A stretch of 50,574 nt of DNA, counting the filler, from Jimgerdemannia flammicorona (Eukaryota), in the NCBI GenBank assembly GCA_003990765.1. It is 2 parts of 2 records of this genome, joined end to end, with 100 filler letters (N's around TTAATTAATTAA, not from the genome) between each part and the next. Parts side by side here need not be neighbours in the genome. Positions count along the whole stretch, not along the records: positions 1 to 25,238 come from RBNJ01000864.1; 1 more part is not named here. One strand, written 5' to 3'. Position 1 is the first letter of the stretch. Every line of letters starts with the position of its first letter. Under the pieces are notes generated by a model. The model was not told the origin of the DNA and did not search any database. It saw only the letters and a list, made by a program, of their open reading frames with translations. A program made the position numbers and the translations under genes. This document shows positions 1-12,100 of the stretch, piece after piece.

Positions 1-172
1 GCTAAATCGGGGTATTCGATTTGGATAATGTCTAAAATTTAGACAATGTCTAAGAAATTAGACAATGTCGAAATCGAGGACTGCTAACTATAAGGCTATA
101 CTACTTTGGGAATGGGTGCGATCAAGTGTCTATTCCCTATTTCCTTCTTCCAAATTCGGCTGTACCGTCACA
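1..172 (-). mobile_element. 5' part of a family-A Gypsy LTR, cut by the window edge and inserted into the Copia relic
   Basis: Reverse complement (TGTGACGGTACAGCCGAATTTGGAAGAAGG...) matches the LTR starts at 15358 and 21610. It keeps CpGs that those copies have lost. Confidence 0.92.
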
Positions 173-2171
173 GTATATATATGTTGGCAATCTATTGATA
201 GATCTACTTCTTATTATATATTCAAAACTTATCTTACTAATATATATATCCTAAGTATTAATACCATATGTTGGACATATCATATATAGTTATTGTATAT
301 ATAGAGACTTTTATACTACTTAGTATACTATTGATCATATAAAGATTGCCATATTTTGAGGCTATTATTAATCTCTTGTTATTATATGAATCATATACTA
401 TTATACTCTTTAAATATATATATATCTCTTTATTACTATAGATCATCATTTTATCTATAGAGAAGAGGTTCTTTTCTATCTCTAGAGCATATAGTATATC
501 TATAAGAGTAGTAGCAGATTTGATGATATTTCTGTAGAGATATATACTGCTATCTCTTTTTCTTGAGTATAGATGATGTTATTATCTTCTAACTTATGTA
601 ATAGGTACAGAGTATTTGAATAGTTGATATATAGAGAACTATTCTCTATATGGTGTTATATATTGTATGGCTCCAGAATCCATTAATCAGACATCATTGT
701 CATTGGCTGCATTGATATATTTGCTGGATATATAGCTAGGTATATGGTTGGTGGTTTTTCTATCTGTACTACTGATAGTACTGATATTATTAATACTTTT
801 TATTAAGTGAAAGTATTTTGCTTTTACTGTTGACCAGAATTTATAAATAATGAGTTAGTGGATTTGGCAGTAGATCTTGTGCTGGCAGAACTGGCAGAAC
901 TGGTAGAACTGATATCAGTGATATATTTGGTGGGATTTTTCTATTATCCTTGCTAGGCTTTGTAGATATAGAGGGACTGGCAGCTTGTGCAAAAAATAGA
1001 TTACTACTTTTAATAGTTTTAATAGTATTTATATTGCTACATTTCTCTCAATAGTTTCTACTACTTCTATATTACCAATACTGACTTTTTCTATGCTTAT
1101 TTTCACTGCTTTCCTTATTAATCTCTCAGCAATAACATTGGTACTTCTTATATTCATGCTTGCCATAGTATTCATAATAACCATTATACTTAATTAATTA
1201 GCTGTCACATTATTAAGCTTGGGTTTAGATTCATTGGCTTTATTGACTACATCTTTGATCTTATTTAGTGTTATATCTGCAGAATTCATAAAATGCCCTT
1301 TTATTATTGTTTTTTTCAGCACTATTTCCCTGGTACATTTCCTCATTCATGAGGCTTATTATTATATAACAGTAGTCTAAAAGACTGTCACTCTCATGCA
1401 TAGCTGTGATAATAACATTATACATATCTAGAAGTCCTCTTGTGAGTGCTATAACCTTATTCATTGTCAATGCAATCTGTAGATATGCTAAGAGAATTTA
1501 CTTGATTTATCAGATCATCAATATAACTGGTATATTTGTAGATATTCTTCTTAGGCTTTATTCAAAGATTAAATAGCTGAGATTTCAGATAGAATCTATT
1601 TAATATAAATGCTTATATATGATGATTTCATAGAGCTTTTCACACCTCATTGACTATATTTATATATATTATGAGTTTTTTTTTTTTACAAATTTAACAA
1701 TATGAATACAATCTTATATAATACTCAGTAATTATTTATAGAGTTATAATCTTGAATCTGTACTTGTGGCTTCATATACTCTGCTAAGCCATATTCATCA
1801 AGAAAATTCATCATATAGAATACTCAGATGGTATAATCTTTCTTATCAAAGATTGGAATAAATCTCTTAGCTATGTTTATATTTATGAAAGAGACTGCTT
1901 CAATTACTGGAATGCTCATGGTTAGTATATCTATATTGCTTGCATTGCTAGACTAGTTATCTGACATTTTAAGTATATATTATATAATATATATTTATGA
2001 GATATATTTGCTATAACTGCTTAATACTAGTAGGGCTCATAACCTTTGTTAGAAAGAGAGGTATTTTTATTGAGTTTGTATAGGATGTATATTTTATATA
2101 TTACTGATAGATAATATAAGACTGATGAAATTATCAATTATATATTGATATATTGAGTTGCCATCCCAACA
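173..2171 (-). mobile_element. Degenerate Ty1/Copia retrotransposon, 5' half (LTR, PBS, gag, protease, GAG-pre-integrase)
   Basis: On the minus strand: short LTR TGTTGG...AACA (2171-2047), then the Copia-type PBS GGTTATGAGCCC (2044-2033). Gag-like ORF remnant 1261-1470, protease (W)LMDSGA(T)Q(H)ITP near 690-650, and decayed W(H)(Q)(R)LG(H) near 270-245. Bracketed residues are restored by reverting C>T/G>A changes. Confidence 0.82.
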
Positions 2172-3574
2172 AATATTACTCTCAATAGCTCTTAGTAATA
2201 TATAAGATTAGACTCCAGTTATTTAGAGTTATTGAGGGATCTGAGACCACTTAGGTCAGATATTTAGACTATATTTAACTGAAACTAAGAGCTGATATAG
2301 TAATATAATTGAAGTCTACAGACTTAAGTAGTAGAGTATTAGAAGTCTTCTTCTGTTTTATATGTAAGTTCTTTACTTATTTTATTAAGTAAAACTAGGT
2401 TCTATCTACTATTCTATATCTTTTGAGAGATTTTTTTCTTTATCTATTACTTTATTTAAAGTAGTAGAGACTTTGTTATCTAACTTTAGTATAGTCATAT
2501 ATATATATTGGAGTTTTGAGTATATACTTTCAGTTATTGATATATATATAATTATTTCTCTTTAGTAGTAAGAAGAGTATAATATATAGAATAAGATGTG
2601 AGCTATATCTGTTCTACTATACTTGATATAGTAGAGCTGCTAAATAATAACAAGTCTTGATTTAATAGAGGTAAAGTGTTCAGAAGAGAGGTGGGAGAGA
2701 AGTTTGATCTATATGATCTAGGTTCTCTTTTAATAAAAATCTACAGGACATTGAGTCCATTTAATATATATATATATATATATATATTATCAGAATTAAG
2801 TCTGTAAATTATATTTTAATAATATACTCCATCTCTGACTATATATAATATAATCCTTTAAGATATAAATAATTAAATATATTGAATAATAAAATTAAAA
2901 CCAAAAATACTATCAAAAATATTATAAATTTCATTAGTAAAGATTTTATATTTATTATTATATATTTTGACAATTGGTCCTCTAATATAATAGCTACAAT
3001 TTTCTTATAGCTAAATATAATCAAAGATCTCTAAGTAAATGTTTAGTCAGTATTTTCATTCAAATTTGCTTTTTTATATTAAATTCTTTGAATATATAGT
3101 CTATTTATAATGAGATCACTTTATAGATTTTGCTGTCCAGAATATCACAGCATAAGCAAAATGCAACAAAATATTATACAGTCATCATTATAAATAATTT
3201 TAGATAATACACAATTGCATTATTTACAATTACAAATTGACATAATCACTATTTGTGATTCGAAAAATACTGTATCAGAATTTCAATGTCCGAGTGATAT
3301 ACATATCCAGAGTTCGGTGATGTGCCCCTGTTAGAAACTGGATTGCTGTGAATAGATTATTATATCTGCTACTTTATTAAGGAGCATGTTGTAAGTGCCA
3401 CATGATAAATGGTACTGTTAACAAATGACCAGAGAAAGTACAGAACAACAATCGCCGCTGATACCAGGATCGCGAACGAAATCACGTTTTTTGCGCAGTT
3501 GACCATTATGATGATATAGGAATATCTATACTAATAACTAGCCAATAGCAAAATGGGGTGATATTATTTTTTTA

Positions 3575-4717
3575 CTAAAATTTGCACTCTAAACCGTAAA
3601 GCTCGCCCACTCGAACGCGATCCCCTATGCTTGGGGAGCCCCTCATATATCTAGGTACATGTTCTCCCGTGCCGGGCTTGTCCTGGAGCGTCATTCTCCC
3701 GGACTTGGCAAACATATGGGCGGGAAACTGCATGATCGAGTCGATATCGTACACGCCGTAAGGTTTATAGTCATGGGAAATGCGGAACGCACACGCCAAC
3801 CCCAAACAATTATCGGATTCGCAACTATGATTTTTCGGGTGGAAGTCCAAAACGTTTTCACAATGGAACTCTTGGTGCTCGTTGCGGTCGGCTCGCAGTG
3901 TTTCGTGGTTCAGGCCCAGTACGTGACCGAACAAGTGCGTAGCATCGTCTTCGAAGCAGCCTTTGTTGCTCAAGCCCGGGGGTTTACAGTAAGACGGTTG
4001 CTGCAAATTCATATACAAAGGTTCAGTCGCCGAGTAACCGTAGGTGGCAATGCAATTGGCGCAGTTCATGGAGTCGATGGTCAGTTGGCCGGGAACTTCT
4101 TCACAGCAGACGCCCACTTCCTCGAACTGGAGGAACGAACTCTTCCGACGCCATCGTTCGATGGCCTTATCCACGTACTTTTGAACCTTGTTCTTGACCT
4201 CATGGGAACAGTACTTGTAAACGATCGTGGCGTTGGGCCACAAATTTTCCGGAGCGGGGTGCAGCGTTAAGCCGGCGCCATACGGCTTTGGGTAGACGCC
4301 GGCCTCGGGTGCGTATTCGGAGCAGGGGCACAGGTTGACGCCCAGCGGGACGTTGTCCGGGTTGATGATTCGTGCATACTTCTTGAAATTATGAAATTTG
4401 TCGAAGACAATGTCTCCATCGATGACAGTAAGATTTCCCGGGGTGACGTAGAAGGGCACACGTTCAAACCTAGAAGTGCGCCTGCGCGCAATGGTGGCCG
4501 CAATGGTGGTCGCAGGGTTGTTCGTAGGTTGAGGAGTAGCCGTAGGTTGGGGAGTCGTAGGATGGGGAACAGGAATATCAGCACCGGCCGAATAAGGCAC
4601 TACAACGGCATTAGTGGCGGCAGAGTGGGGCCTCTCATTGTCTTCATCAGCTTGTACCATCACCGCACGGAACATGACGACAAGGCTGATGATGCAGGCG
4701 AGGGAAGGTTTCTTCAT
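3575..4717 (-). CDS. Secreted astacin-family (peptidase M12A) metalloprotease homologue, probably catalytically inactive
   Basis: 380-aa intact single-exon ORF. It has an N-terminal hydrophobic signal, a Pro/Thr-rich linker, prodomain DGDI, WPNATIVY, zinc motif HLFGHVLGLNHETLRADR (canonical HExxHxxGxxHExxRxDR) and Met-turn YDIDSIMQF (canonical SIMHY). Confidence 0.9.
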   Translation of the reverse strand: MKKPSLACIISLVVMFRAVMVQADEDNERPHSAATNAVVVPYSAGADIPVPHPTTPQPTATPQPTNNPATTIAATIARRRTSRFERVPFYVTPGNLTVIDGDIVFDKFHNFKKYARIINPDNVPLGVNLCPCSEYAPEAGVYPKPYGAGLTLHPAPENLWPNATIVYKYCSHEVKNKVQKYVDKAIERWRRKSSFLQFEEVGVCCEEVPGQLTIDSMNCANCIATYGYSATEPLYMNLQQPSYCKPPGLSNKGCFEDDATHLFGHVLGLNHETLRADRNEHQEFHCENVLDFHPKNHSCESDNCLGLACAFRISHDYKPYGVYDIDSIMQFPAHMFAKSGRMTLQDKPGTGEHVPRYMRGSPSIGDRVRVGELYGLECKF

Positions 4718-7700
4718 GATTAATGTAATTGATTAGAACACGAGAAGAATATACAAACCAAAATCACCAGTTGGTCCTGGTCGTTTTATAATAATAATAG
4801 CTATGTTCTCACAAGTGATGGGGATGTGCTACCGAAAGGATCACATGTCAACGGAGGCCGTGCGGCAAATCCCTGTATGTGTGATTGTCCATCTATATTA
4901 CTAAGAGATGCAAAACGAATAGCCATAAAGAACCTTGTTTGTTGGTGACTATTCGTTTTTATGCCACAGTATTATTTATTTATTTGCGTGACAACACCAA
5001 TCACATGTTACCTAAAGAGTGACCTCGGTCACAAACATAAAATAAAAAAATTGGAGTTACATGATATTTTATAATTATAATGATTTATATTAACTATAAC
5101 ATAATACCGTGGAAACGTCAAGCCTCGGGTCAGGTGCAATCTCGCCTATTTTGGCGACCTGTGCCATATTCGGTTATGACACGGGAGATGTACTTGGTGT
5201 TCACGACCAATATTTGGTATTTTTTCATTTTACCCGTTTTCCCATATATGTTTCATATCTGGCTGGTTATGCAGAATATACCTCTTAGGCCACTGTCAAA
5301 GAAAAGCCGTCTTTGGGATTGCTTACTGACCGCATTGTGATTGACGATGGTCCCAAATAAACAACTTCATTGGGATATGACGATAGCCCGTTTCCAAAAT
5401 ACACTTTCGGACGCAAAGACCTTGTGCAACAAGGAAGTGACAATTTTCCGGTTTTTAGCCGGGTGAATATTCTTGACACAGTTATAATCCTGTTCACGCT
5501 GTTATTAGCGGTGATATTGAATCTCAGATTTTCTAATATATCGCAACCATTACATTTCGAAACGTGACACGAGATTTTGCTCGGACTCGTAACAATACGC
5601 CAAACCCGAAAAGAGCCCTTCCCAGGCGAAGGCACACAATATAATAGATATATGAGGACGTTCAAATCATAAACGGCCTTATTTTCTTTTGTAATGGTAA
5701 ATGTGGCTGTTAATCAAGTGAGAAGAGAAATGTCATGATCTTTGGCTTAGATTCCCCAATTGGCCTGATTCACCCTACCCAAACTAAACCTGCGAGCTGA
5801 CCCGATCCTACCTAACCTTGAACAGACCTGACCCGCACCCAAATTCGCATACTTCGTAGGATTCACTTTTGCAAGGACCGTCGAACAAACGATTAGATTG
5901 AGAGTCACATATATGTGACGTCAATTTTTAAATTTTGTAATGGTGCGCGAAATCTCGTCGTCCGAAAATGATTATGCCACAGTGAGATCAAGTAACACGC
6001 CATGAATATGTAGATTACGTTGGCTGCGCGGCGCATTTTCACTCAGCTTAGCGGATGAAGAACGTCATCTTTGAGTACTGCCCGCAGCACTGCGCAATAA
6101 AACAAACATGCAGTGACCGTATCAAAACTGAGACATAAACACAGAGTGTCAGAGCCTCTGCCATATTTAATGTGGCTGATGACCTTAATTCGTTTCATAC
6201 ATTTGATTATGTTGCAGTATCGCGCGACTAAAGCTCACTATAGTTAGTGAAGTTTGAAGGCTTGTGCAGGTTGTTCTATGGCGTACCAAAACTTAGGTCC
6301 TCCTCCCACAATTGGATTTTGAAGTGGCAGACATAAATTGTAACAGTCCTGCTAGTCTCCCAAAGCCCAACGTCTTAGTGGGTTCAAAAGTATTTCAGAC
6401 CGAATAGGGCAATTGAAAATGTCAGTTTTGGTACGCCATAGTAATCCTTTAATACCGCTTATGATTGACGGCAGACCATTACTGGCGAAGTCTTATAAAT
6501 GCACTGTCGTTACCGAAACCCGTTGCTCTGTCTTTCACCAAGGAGCATCTTTTAACATGAACTATTACGAACGTTTCATTAAATTCATTCAATTCCCAGC
6601 CACATGCTTCGGAAAATACCGTCAGCACGAGGGCAAAAAGATAATATTCTTGCGCAAAGCCATCTCGTGGGTCTTTTGTTGTTTACTTTTGGGGATATCC
6701 CTTAAGGGATTAGAAGACATGATGACCAACAACATGTCTGTAGAGCAGTCCACTGAGATGACGCCGTCCGTGCCACCTCCAGGTACTCCGTTGTTTGGAG
6801 CATATCACGTGTGGTTTCTCCCAATTATTCTGCCGGTGCTAACATTTTTTTGCCGGGTTTGCCCCAGATATCATCGTTTGTCCACGTACGCCGGGCGTTA
6901 ACTTCACCTTTTATTGCAGCTGCGTCAACGCAGCTGGCACCTTTCAATCGTTCGACCACCCTGAATGCCCACACGTGTCGCCTATCTACAATCAAAGTGT
7001 AATCTTCCTAAGTAGACGGTATTGCTATTCCGTCCAACCAGTTGGCGTCATCCTGAATAGCACCCACTGTACCGCCTATGTATTGACAGTGAATTTTGTT
7101 AATTCGACGACCGGCTATATCGCCAAAGACCCAACCCTCCAAGCGGACGTACAATTCTTCCACCCATGTAAGTCGCGGGAGGAGACCCGATCGGTTTCAA
7201 AACTGAACTTTTGTAACTCACATCTTTCCCTTACTTAGCCTCAAATATATTAGTAAATCCTCGCCCTGAAATAGCAAATGATAGCAACCCGTTTTTCTCG
7301 GATCTTTTACGAACCCAAAGGGTGATCGGACAGAAAACAGAGGTCATTTTCGGATTCAGCCAAGTCGAATGGAAATACCCTATTGGTACGGGAATTTGGT
7401 TGAGCAAATTTGTAAGTGTTTATACTTTCTATTACTTTCTTGATCTAATGAATGTGTCTAGTAAAACATTGCTCTGCTCTCTATATTATTCAAAAAGGGT
7501 CTGCCCTTCGCCTACCGAGGTAGCATCACGACACTGGACTATACAATCCAGGAATTGTCTAGGAACGACAACAACAGCGTGCTTACAGTTTATTGTAACG
7601 GCCTGACGAAACGGGTCAACAAGCTGGTTCCGTAAGTTTGTCTCGTATTGACTTCGCAGGCTTCATGGCGTCTATATGTTATAATTCACAGAGCTTCCCT

Positions 7701-9194
7701 GTTTTTCCCATGACAGCACCACGACCCTGTCATCCGTCGCGTCGTCGATCGGAGGCTTCTTCGGTAGGTGCAATAATCGTTAAAATCATTTATAAGGAAT
7801 GCCACCCACTGACCCTTCGCATGATCGCCCAGGCTTACTATCCACTATCTACGCACTACTCTTCGGAGCGAAACGCTTGGATGTCTGGTAGGCAATCGAA
7901 ATCCGCAGCATCTCCATGTTTTCCCGTCTCTCGCTCTCATCCTTCCCGCCCCTGTCACATTCACAGGGGGTGGCTGCACGCTCTTCTCAAATCTTCAGAC
8001 GACGAAGAAATATATAAGGCTTACTCTCCTTCTAAGAATGAGGGGTTGGACAAAGCTGAGCTGACGATGATCACTGACCACTACGTGGATTTGGGTTACC
8101 TGAAGGATACTATTCGTGCGAAATTGGCGAAGGAGACGGGGGGTAATAATGATGAAGATGATGAAAAGACGCATTGCATTGAAGTGAAGGATTAAACTTA
8201 CATGCACCAAATAAATCGCAAAACCTTAATATCATTTCATGAACGTTCCCGTATTGCTAGAAAAACTGGGTTCTTTGGTAGAGCTTCGTGTGGCCATTTT
8301 TCAAAGACTAAAACTTTAGATCTTTTCGATCCCAATGATAACATGTAAATGGAACCACATTATCCTAATACAATTGCAGGATAGCCCCGCGCTAAATTGT
8401 GTCATGTTCGTGGACGTCACATGAACACAAGATCGACCACCCACCCCTGCTATTCCTTTACAATATCACGCTTTCAGGCTGATTCCGTCGATGCCATCTG
8501 GTCTCAGGACAATGCAATAGGTCGAGAAGTGAATCTCGCCATCATCGTCGACACTTGTAAGTGCCTTTCTGTAGTTGACCCTGATTACAAAGGGGCAGCT
8601 GGTCCTTGTGGTCATGTCCTCTGCCTTTTTTCTAACATATTGGCCTTGCTTCTTGCAAACAAAAGTTGCCTTGAGATAGCTGCCATCGTTTTCAAACCTC
8701 TACTTGGAAGGCTATGGTGATTATTGTTGAGCAAAAGGGATGTTTCAAAGCGTGTATCTAAAACGCGTAAAAGCATGCGTATGGAATTATTTAATTTTGC
8801 CATTGGGTACGATGTCATGGGTGACCCAATGGTGCAAATTTCGTATTGTTGTCAGCCTGCTCACAAAATTTATTGTATTCGTAGGCATTTCTCTCTTGAG
8901 CAATGTGACCTATCTACTAGAGGTCATCTGAAGGACAGCCATATACTGTCAGATGTACTTAAGCCACTTCCCCATGTGCCCAAATCAGTCACATGATTAA
9001 ATTTCATATACTCAAGCTATAATAGTACATATATACCATATATATATCTAAATTAGTTATGTTCAAATATATACTATAATTCTTTATTATAACTATTATA
9101 GTAATCTCTAATAATAATATATCTCACCTAGATCTTACTTTTTTAATATTTGAAGAAGTTTGATATTTTATTATTTACTATATATATATATATA

Positions 9195-12100
9195 TTTTTT
9201 ATAGTCTCATAGACTATATCCTTTATTAATACACCCATCTATTCCATATATAATACAATGAGCCCACTCTACTCAATCTCTCTAGAAGGTCTCTCTCTCT
9301 CTCCCCTATACTCTCTCAATTAAAGACCACTAGATCATTAATCATCTCTACTCTTTCACTACTCTGCTCACAGATCTCCTTTATCAAACAGTGCCAATGC
9401 CCACCCTGGGGACCCTATCCAACCCACCACCCTGTCAATACATCTTCTATAAATCTCTCTTATCTTAATAGCCTCTTCTGTAAATTCAGCTATTATTTCT
9501 CCTCAAAAATAAATAGCTAATATCTAGCTATCTTCATCTATACAGCTAACACTCATCCTACTATAAGCCACTCATTGTCCACCCCTTCCATCAACCTAGT
9601 TCTCAAATATTCCCAATGATTGCTCTCTTCATCTAGTCTCCTCTTGACATCCAGCTATTTATCAACTATTATCCAAAAGTTCTCCAGAACCTCACACTCT
9701 CTCAGCCAATATTCTGGGTCTCCACAAATCCCCCAACTTGTCCAATATTATAACACTCCTCACACTCTAGTTGTCTACCATCTACCAGATGCTTAGTACA
9801 GAAATTCAACATGATATTCCTCTATAGCATCTACCACCATACTACTTAGAACATAGGAGAAAGCCACCTCTATACCTCAGTACTCTATGACCAGACTCCT
9901 GCCCAGTCTCACTCCTTACCAATCCTCACTACTTACTAACTACTAGGCCAAAGATCCTGACCAAGTCCCCACTGATACTCTACTCTATCTCCAATATCAA
10001 ACTCAATAAGTAGATTGCCCCCCAATAGTAATTAGTCTCATCTTTACATAGCTGGTCCCCATAGCATCTCTCCTTTATTGCTACATCAGCACAAGTCTAT
10101 ACAGTGTGCCCTATCTGCCACTCTCTATCAGAAGTCTTTATATTATAGTCAATGGCTTCTACCCAGATCCACCAGAGATAACAGATCCCCTAAGGACCCT
10201 CTTAGAGAGAATCTTATCTCCCACACCTTCTGCATCAGTGGCACCCATCCTCCTCTCTACAGTTCAATAGCTTGCTTCAACCACCAGACTCTTAGACAGT
10301 GCAGTCTCTTAGAAAAATCCACCAGTTCTAGCCTCTCTCAAATGACTGATATTGAAAGGATATCCCAACTGATCTGGGACTGCCTCCTAGTCCAAATCCA
10401 ATCCCTAGTCAGCTTCATCAGTCTCTTTACCACTTAAGCTGGAAAGTCTAAGTAATAAGTAATATACTATAGCTTAGAGAACTAGTAGATATTCAGAATC
10501 AATACCTAGTCTACCAGAGAGATGTAGTAATCTCTCCAACCTCTAAGAGCCTCTCTCCAGATAGCCACCCTCCTTTCCTATTATACCCATGACAAGACAG
10601 ATCCATATACTGAAAGGAAGATATCCAGATACTACACTGCCTCTTCTGTAGAAACAATTGTTCCAATGACATTCTCTCTCACTAGCCTATTTCTCAACAC
10701 CATTGTCTTATACTTATGCCAGTTGAGTTTTGCTCTAGAGTATGTTTCATACCATTTCACCATCTCCTTAAGTACCTCAATATCTGCTACTGATCCAAGT
10801 CCAACCACTATGTCATCTGAAAAGGCCCCCATCTTCTACACCACACTATAGATAGAGAGCCCTGCCCTCTTCTGTTAAATCCTATCTATCAAAGGTTCTA
10901 ATAAAAGAGCATATAGAATAGGAGACAGTAGATCTCCCTGAGAAACTCCTCTCTCCAGGAGAAATACTAGACCTTAGTGATTATTATATATTAGTGCCAC
11001 CCTACTGCCCTTCCATAGATTCAATATAAAAACTCGAAATAGTAGAGGAATACTAATTCTGTCCAGTACCTTGCCCAGCCACACTTACTGAATATAGTCA
11101 TAGGTCTTCTCCTGGTCCAAAAAGACCAGCCTCCCATCCAATTCACTAGCCTGTATCCCTTCAATGATATCATGGACCCAAGCTGTCTCATCTCTAATAA
11201 GTCTATCTCTAATAAAGCCCTGCTGCTCCTCACCCAGTATCTGTTGAGCAACCTTCTGTAATCTCACTACAATCACCTTAGTAATCATCTTCCTGTTCAT
11301 ATCCAGAAGTTTGATCAGTCTCCAGTTCTTCCAGTCCTCCCTCCTTCTCTTGTCCTTATACAACAGAGCTATCAGCCCTAGGTCCTACCCTCCAACCCAC
11401 TCACTATTCAGAAGAATAAGATCACAGAGGGCTACCATCTCTCCTAATACTCTAGGAACCCTTGCTATCTTCTTCCAAAAGTCCTAAGATAATCTATCCT
11501 CTCCTGGTACTGTTCCAAGCTTAGTTGCTATAAGGACTCTCTGGATCTCCTCCTCTTAGACTGATAGGATCAAATCTCCCAGGTCCTCTACTTATAGTAG
11601 CTCCTAATCCTCCAGAGTGTCTTCAATTGCCTCTGCATCAATACTCCCTTCCTTCTTGCTCCACAAACCCCTCCACTGCTCCTTCAGCAGCCCCAAGATC
11701 TATTGTATACTATGTATTATTTTCCTCTCTGCATCAAGGACTCCATTCCATCAATACTATACTATTCTTGTCTGGAGGAGCCTTGACAAGTACCTAGTAG
11801 GCCTCTCACTCTCCTCAAGTCCCTGCCACCTCAGCCTAGCTGTCATTCCTTTCATATATATCTCCTTCTCCTCTCTTTGCATCTGTTGCAACTCCATTAC
11901 CTCCAGCTTAGCTCACACCAATCTCCAATTATCCACCTCTCTAGAGTTTATCAAATCTGCCCATTCCATCTGTAGTCTAACCAATCTATTTGATATATAC
12001 CTCACCCTTTTCCTTCTTTATCTTCCAGCATCTCTACCAGCTCTACCTCAGTAAACCCTCACAGCCTCTTTCAACTTCATCCACTGGATACTCACTGGTG

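Noticed and set aside
3659..4723. Plus-strand ORFs of 203 and 110 aa
   Set aside because: They are antisense shadows of the astacin gene.
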